A stretch of DNA of 64,000 nt from Arcobacteraceae bacterium (GTDB lineage: Bacteria > Campylobacterota > Campylobacteria > Campylobacterales > Arcobacteraceae), in the NCBI GenBank assembly GCA_963662945.1, contig OY759974.1, forward strand, positions 1,696,001 to 1,760,000. Reading direction: 5' to 3'. The first letter of the stretch is position 1, and each line of letters starts with the position of its first letter. Shown here piece by piece: positions 59,256 to 64,000 of this stretch. Made by a program: the position numbers and the translations under genes. The notes under the pieces are model-generated. The model saw only the letters and a program-made list of their open reading frames with translations. It was not told the DNA's origin and did no database searches.

Positions 59256-59597
59256 ATGAGTTATAGTGAGATATTTATAATAGGTTGGAACCTCAATGCG
59301 TTGATGTTTGTAGTCAATCTTATTTTGGCATTTAATGTTATAAAATCAAATGATCCAGTTGAAGTATCACGAGCCCATGAAAAATTAGGAAGATTAAAAG
59401 AAGAAGTAGATATGTATTATCCAAATAGAGGATTAGAAACAATAGGTACATATCTTATCCCTTTTACTGCTTTTTATAGAGTCTCATTTCGGTTATATGA
59501 GATGAATATGTTTTTTAAAGCAAATCAAACAGCAAGTATGTTTGACTTTATGATTTATAGATATGAAAAAGATATTCAACTAGCTAAAACCAAATAG
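59256..59597 (+). CDS. Hypothetical membrane-associated protein (113 aa)
   Basis: ATG 59256 with GGAG RBS; the longer track ORF from 59019 overlaps the YwbE gene antisense. Confidence 0.65.
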   Translation: MSYSEIFIIGWNLNALMFVVNLILAFNVIKSNDPVEVSRAHEKLGRLKEEVDMYYPNRGLETIGTYLIPFTAFYRVSFRLYEMNMFFKANQTASMFDFMIYRYEKDIQLAKTK

Positions 59598-59644
59598 TAA
59601 CTTTTGTATAGTAAAATCATAACACTTCGAGAAAAAGGTTACAA

Positions 59645-61735
59645 ATGAAATTAAAATCACTGTATATATCGCCACAAGAGATAGAATCAGGAGCCGTTGT
59701 TATATCATTTGGACTTATGGCATTATTAAAAAGAAAGTATGAAAAAGTAGCATTCTTTCGACCTATAGTATCACAAGTTCCAAACAATGATATTGATTTA
59801 ATAGTGAATAACTTCAAGCTTCAAATAGATAAAAAAGATTGTTATGGAGTTGATATACAAAGAGCAAAAGAATTAATATCTGCAAACAAAATAGATAAAC
59901 TCTATGAGATACTTATTGAAAAATATGAAAATCTTAAAGCAAATTATGACTTTGTATTGATTCAAGGTGTAAGTGGAGATAGCTTATCTATTATTGCTGA
60001 TTTTGATATTAACTTAGAGTTAGCAAAAAATTTTGATACAAATTTTGTTGCGGTGTTAAATGGAAAAGATAAAACATATACACAACTTTTAGAAGATATT
60101 TCTATAGAAGCATCTAATATTAAACATAGTGGTTGTATTCATTTTGCCACTTTTATTAATCGTGTCAAAAAAGAGTATATAGAAGATATCGAAAGTAGTA
60201 ACAATGATTATTTACTTTATTGTATTGAAGAGGTGCAAGAATTATCAGCATTGACTATTTGGGATATACAAAATAGACTTGATGCAAAGGTTGTTTTTGA
60301 AGTTCCAGAGTATCTTCATAGAACAATAGATAATATAAAAGTTGCAGCAATGAGTTTTGATAATTATATCAAACATATTCAACCAAATGACTTGATAATA
60401 GTTCCTGCTGATAGAAGTGATATTGTTGTAGGTTCAATTGCTGCAGTTCATTCTAAAACAATTCCAAGTATTAGTTGTATACTTTTAACAGGAGATATGA
60501 AACTTAAAAAGCCTATAAAAGAGCTTTTAAAAGGATTTAATGAACATATTCCTATCTTAAAAGTAGAAGAAAATACTTTTGAAATAGCAAAAAAAGTTTC
60601 AGATATCAAACCTATAATCAAAGCAGATAATAAAAGAAAAACTTCCATAATTGAAGGACTTTTTAATTCTTCTGTAGATATGGATGCTATAGAAAAACAT
60701 TTATCCTCAGATACAAATCATATAGTCACACCTTTAATGTTTGAATATTCTCTTTTAAAAAGAGCAAGAGAAAATAAACAAACAATAGTGTTACCAGAAG
60801 CAAAAGATGAAAGGATTTTAAAAGCTACACAAATACTTTTAAACTCTGATGTAGTAGATATCGTTTTATTAGGAGATGAGGTTGAGATAAAACATAGAGC
60901 AAGTTTATTGGGGATAGATATTTCAAAAGCAGTGATAATGAACCCTATGAACTCAAAACATCTTGAATATCTCGCAGAAGAGTTTTATAAAATTAGAAAA
61001 CATAAGGGATTGAGTTTAGAACAAGCGAAAGAAACATTACAGACTATTCCAAACTATTTTGCAACAATGATGGTACAAACAGGTTTAGCAAATGGTATGG
61101 TAAGTGGAAGTATCAGTACAACAGCAGATACAGTAAGACCTGCATTACAAATTATTAAAACTACAAAAGAAACACCAATAGTTTCAAGTGTTTTTTTTAT
61201 GTGCTTAGATACAAAAGTTTTAGTATACGGAGATTGTGCAATTAACTTGGATCCAACTGCCGTTGAGTTGGCAACTATAGCTAAAAGTAGTGCTCAAACA
61301 GCCAAAGCTTTTGGAATAGAACCAAAAGTAGCAATGCTTTCTTATTCAACTGGACAAAGTGGAAGTGGAGATGATGTAGAAAAAGTAAAAGAAGCTACAA
61401 AAATACTTCAAGAAGAAGGAAATCTATTAGTTGAAGGACCAATTCAATACGATGCGGCTATTGAAAAAAGTGTTGCTAAACAAAAGCTTCCAAATAGTTT
61501 AGTGGCTGGTGATGCAAATGTTTTAATTTTCCCAGATTTAAATACTGGAAATAATACTTACAAGGCAGTTCAAAGAAGTAGTGGTGCTGTTGCTATTGGT
61601 CCAGTTTTACAAGGACTTAATAAACCTATTAATGATTTAAGTAGAGGTTGTTTAGTAAATGATATAGTAAATACTATAGCTATTACAGCTATTCAGGCAC
61701 AGGCAATTGAAGATAATAATGAAGGAAAAAAATGA
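59645..61735 (+). CDS. pta: Phosphate acetyltransferase (long form with DRTGG domain)
   Basis: PADRSDI, IVLPE, YGDCA, GPIQYDAA, FPDLNTGNNTYK, PINDLSRG. Confidence 0.96.
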   Translation: MKLKSLYISPQEIESGAVVISFGLMALLKRKYEKVAFFRPIVSQVPNNDIDLIVNNFKLQIDKKDCYGVDIQRAKELISANKIDKLYEILIEKYENLKANYDFVLIQGVSGDSLSIIADFDINLELAKNFDTNFVAVLNGKDKTYTQLLEDISIEASNIKHSGCIHFATFINRVKKEYIEDIESSNNDYLLYCIEEVQELSALTIWDIQNRLDAKVVFEVPEYLHRTIDNIKVAAMSFDNYIKHIQPNDLIIVPADRSDIVVGSIAAVHSKTIPSISCILLTGDMKLKKPIKELLKGFNEHIPILKVEENTFEIAKKVSDIKPIIKADNKRKTSIIEGLFNSSVDMDAIEKHLSSDTNHIVTPLMFEYSLLKRARENKQTIVLPEAKDERILKATQILLNSDVVDIVLLGDEVEIKHRASLLGIDISKAVIMNPMNSKHLEYLAEEFYKIRKHKGLSLEQAKETLQTIPNYFATMMVQTGLANGMVSGSISTTADTVRPALQIIKTTKETPIVSSVFFMCLDTKVLVYGDCAINLDPTAVELATIAKSSAQTAKAFGIEPKVAMLSYSTGQSGSGDDVEKVKEATKILQEEGNLLVEGPIQYDAAIEKSVAKQKLPNSLVAGDANVLIFPDLNTGNNTYKAVQRSSGAVAIGPVLQGLNKPINDLSRGCLVNDIVNTIAITAIQAQAIEDNNEGKK

Positions 61736-62778
61736 AAATTTTAGTACTGAATAGCGGAAGTTCATCTATAAAATATAAATTGTTTTGTAAAGAAACAATG
61801 GAAGAGTTAAAAGCAGGTATTAAAGAAGAAGTCAAATCTCACAAAGAAGGGATAGAAAAAATTCTTGCAAAACTTACAGAAGAAAATTTGATTAATGACC
61901 CCAAAGAGATCTTTTGTGTGGGACATAGAGTAGTTCATGGGGGAGATTTTTTTACAAAAGCTACCTTAGTAGATGATGAGGTGATACAAAAAATAGAGAT
62001 ATTATGTGAACTTGCACCTTTACATAATCCAGCAAATTTAGAAGGGATAAAAGCAGTAAAAGCAACTTTGGGAGATATTCCACAAGTGATAGTTTGTGAT
62101 ACTGCTTTTCATCAAACGATTCCTAATTATGCGAGTTTTTATCCACTACCATATGAGTATTATGAAAAATATCATATAAGAAAATATGGATTTCATGGGA
62201 CAAGTCATCAGTATATTGCGGAAGCCGCTGCAAAACAATTGGGAAAACCACTTGAAGAGTGTAATCTTATCACTTTACATTTAGGAAATGGTTCAAGTGC
62301 TTGTGCTATAAAAAATGGAAAAAGTATTGATACTTCTATGGGATTTACACCACTTGAAGGTTTAATGATGGGTACAAGATGTGGTGATATTGATGGCTCT
62401 TTGGTATATTATTTAGAAGAGAAGTTAAATTGTTCAAGAGAAGAGATATATAATATTCTAAATAAAGAGAGTGGTTTCAAAGGCTTATGTGGTACAAGTG
62501 ATTTAAGAGAAGTTATAAAACTTATTGACCAATGTGATACACATGCAAAACTAGCCCTTGATATGTTTATCTACAGAGTAAAAAAATATATAGGAAGTTA
62601 TCTTATGATTTTAGGAAAAGTTGATGCTATAGTCTTAACTGGTGGAATAGGGGAAAATAGTCAACTTGTACGACATGCAATCTATGAGTCAACTGATAAG
62701 TTTGATTTAGTACATATTACTATTACAACAGATGAAGAAAAATCAATTGCAATGCAATCAAGGGAGCTTTTAGATTGA
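61732..62778 (+). CDS. ackA: Acetate kinase
   Basis: NSGSSSIK, GHRVVHGG, APLHNP, YGFHGTSH, HLGNGSS, TPLEG, TGGIGENS. Confidence 0.95.
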   Translation: MKILVLNSGSSSIKYKLFCKETMEELKAGIKEEVKSHKEGIEKILAKLTEENLINDPKEIFCVGHRVVHGGDFFTKATLVDDEVIQKIEILCELAPLHNPANLEGIKAVKATLGDIPQVIVCDTAFHQTIPNYASFYPLPYEYYEKYHIRKYGFHGTSHQYIAEAAAKQLGKPLEECNLITLHLGNGSSACAIKNGKSIDTSMGFTPLEGLMMGTRCGDIDGSLVYYLEEKLNCSREEIYNILNKESGFKGLCGTSDLREVIKLIDQCDTHAKLALDMFIYRVKKYIGSYLMILGKVDAIVLTGGIGENSQLVRHAIYESTDKFDLVHITITTDEEKSIAMQSRELLD

Positions 62779-63323
62779 TACGATTGGGTTCAAATTCACA
62801 GACAAGAGCATTACTTTTGCGACAACACGGAATAGATTTTATTCAAAATGGTGGAGATTTTGATGAAGACAGTATCACAATTAAGGAACCAAGAGAGTTC
62901 GTAAAAGTTGCCACACAAGGAAAGTTTGATGAACTTTATGAAAAGTTTGGATGCGAAGAGATGCCTTTACTTGTGGCAGATACAGTTGTTACATCAAATG
63001 GGGAACTTTTACGAAAAGCAAAAGATCAAGAAGATGCAAGAAGAATGTTAATGTTGCAAAGTAACAATGAAGTGAGTATCATCACTTGTATGATATTTAA
63101 ATCTCTTGATACAGAAATCTTTGATATCTCTACTACTACATATCATTTTAAAGAATTTGATAAAGATGATTTAGAAGATTATATTCAAAGTGGTGAATGT
63201 ATGGGAAAAGCAGGAGCAATAATGGTTGAAGGTTTTTGTAAACCATATATAAAATGGGTAGATGGGTACGAATCTACAGCAATGGGTCTTTGTGTCGAGA
63301 AACTTTTACCTTATATAAAATAG
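62775..63323 (+). CDS. maf: Maf-family nucleotide pyrophosphatase
   Basis: LGSNSQTR, VADTVV, GKAGA, AMGL. Confidence 0.9.
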   Translation: MIRLGSNSQTRALLLRQHGIDFIQNGGDFDEDSITIKEPREFVKVATQGKFDELYEKFGCEEMPLLVADTVVTSNGELLRKAKDQEDARRMLMLQSNNEVSIITCMIFKSLDTEIFDISTTTYHFKEFDKDDLEDYIQSGECMGKAGAIMVEGFCKPYIKWVDGYESTAMGLCVEKLLPYIK

Positions 63324-63363
63324 TTTTGAGTATAATCGTTTTTTTATAATATAAGGATACATT

Positions 63364-64000
63364 TTGATACTAAAAACTATATTTTTAATACTACTGACTA
63401 CTTTTTTATTTGCAACAGATGATAAAATTACTTTAGATTGGTTGGAAAAACAACCGCGAAGCTATGCAAAAGATTTTTATATATGGAGATATCTTAACAA
63501 AGATATTTCTCCTCAAGAAGCAAATGAAGCCTTGCGTCAAGTAAAATATTTCAATGATAAAATTTTTTATAGATATATTGAAAAATCAGATGATGAGGTA
63601 TATAAAGATTATAAATCTTGTATAAAATCAAAAACATCTGTTTTAATTGATAAAGCTGATTATTGTATAGAAGCAGGTTTAAGTATCTATGATGCTACAA
63701 AACTATCAAAAGAAAACTTGCAAAAAGTTATCAATAAAGTAAAAAGTGAATATCCAAAATTTGCTTTAAAACTTGAAGTATTAAATTCAGCAATTCCTTT
63801 TAAAACTTTAGAAATGAGTGATAAAGAAACTTTTTTTGGTGTATTTAATGAGTGTGGAGGTGTTTATCGAGTTAAACATTTTAATCAGTTTTTTCCAAAA
63901 AGTTTAATAGATAAACTTAAAAATGAAAAAGAATTTGGACAAACTGTAAAACTTATAGTTACTACACCAACTATGAAAAAAGCTCAAAAATCACTTTTAA
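63364..64000 (+). CDS. Probable soluble lytic transglycosylase (Slt-like), 5' part; runs off the window
   Basis: TTG start with AAGGA RBS; signal peptide; ITLDWLEKQPRSYAKDFYIWRYL resembles Campylobacterota Slt N-termini; catalytic domain not in window. Confidence 0.65.
   Translation, partial: MILKTIFLILLTTFLFATDDKITLDWLEKQPRSYAKDFYIWRYLNKDISPQEANEALRQVKYFNDKIFYRYIEKSDDEVYKDYKSCIKSKTSVLIDKADYCIEAGLSIYDATKLSKENLQKVINKVKSEYPKFALKLEVLNSAIPFKTLEMSDKETFFGVFNECGGVYRVKHFNQFFPKSLIDKLKNEKEFGQTVKLIVTTPTMKKAQKSLL

Overview
AT-rich chromosomal window from a Campylobacterota bacterium (Arcobacteraceae/Sulfurimonas-like; inferred from the dihaem PetC, the purE-glyQ-nif3-zinc ribbon-waaA-pseudouridine synthase gene order and TGnTATAAT-type promoters). 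Core genes (petABC, purE, glyQ, waaA, surE, mltA, psd, dsbD, ligA, pta-ackA, maf, partial slt) flank a ~30 kb accessory block at ~10.5-40 kb. The block contains a SIR2-HerA anti-phage operon with a third unknown Cys/His-rich gene, an LsrK/class II aldolase/ABM module without lsrF or a transporter, a 34-bp perfect inverted-repeat element, two HD-GYP genes (one with a D-to-E receiver, one a degenerate duplicate), a LapA/BapA-like 1897-aa adhesin with its type I secretion system, and two large sensor kinases with an OmpR-type regulator. Other notable loci are a PlcP-like phosphoesterase/GT4 pair and ovoA coupled to a PatB/MalY C-S lyase. Features not in the ORF track include a glutaredoxin that can only start at ATA/ATT, an ORF6N-type remnant, a nested-palindrome element, a recurring hexamer-N5-hexamer-N9-(-10 box) promoter architecture, and two back-to-back pairs of probably leaderless genes. 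I saw no rRNA, tRNA, CRISPR array, integrase or transposase. All family assignments come from motif recognition by eye; no database search was run.
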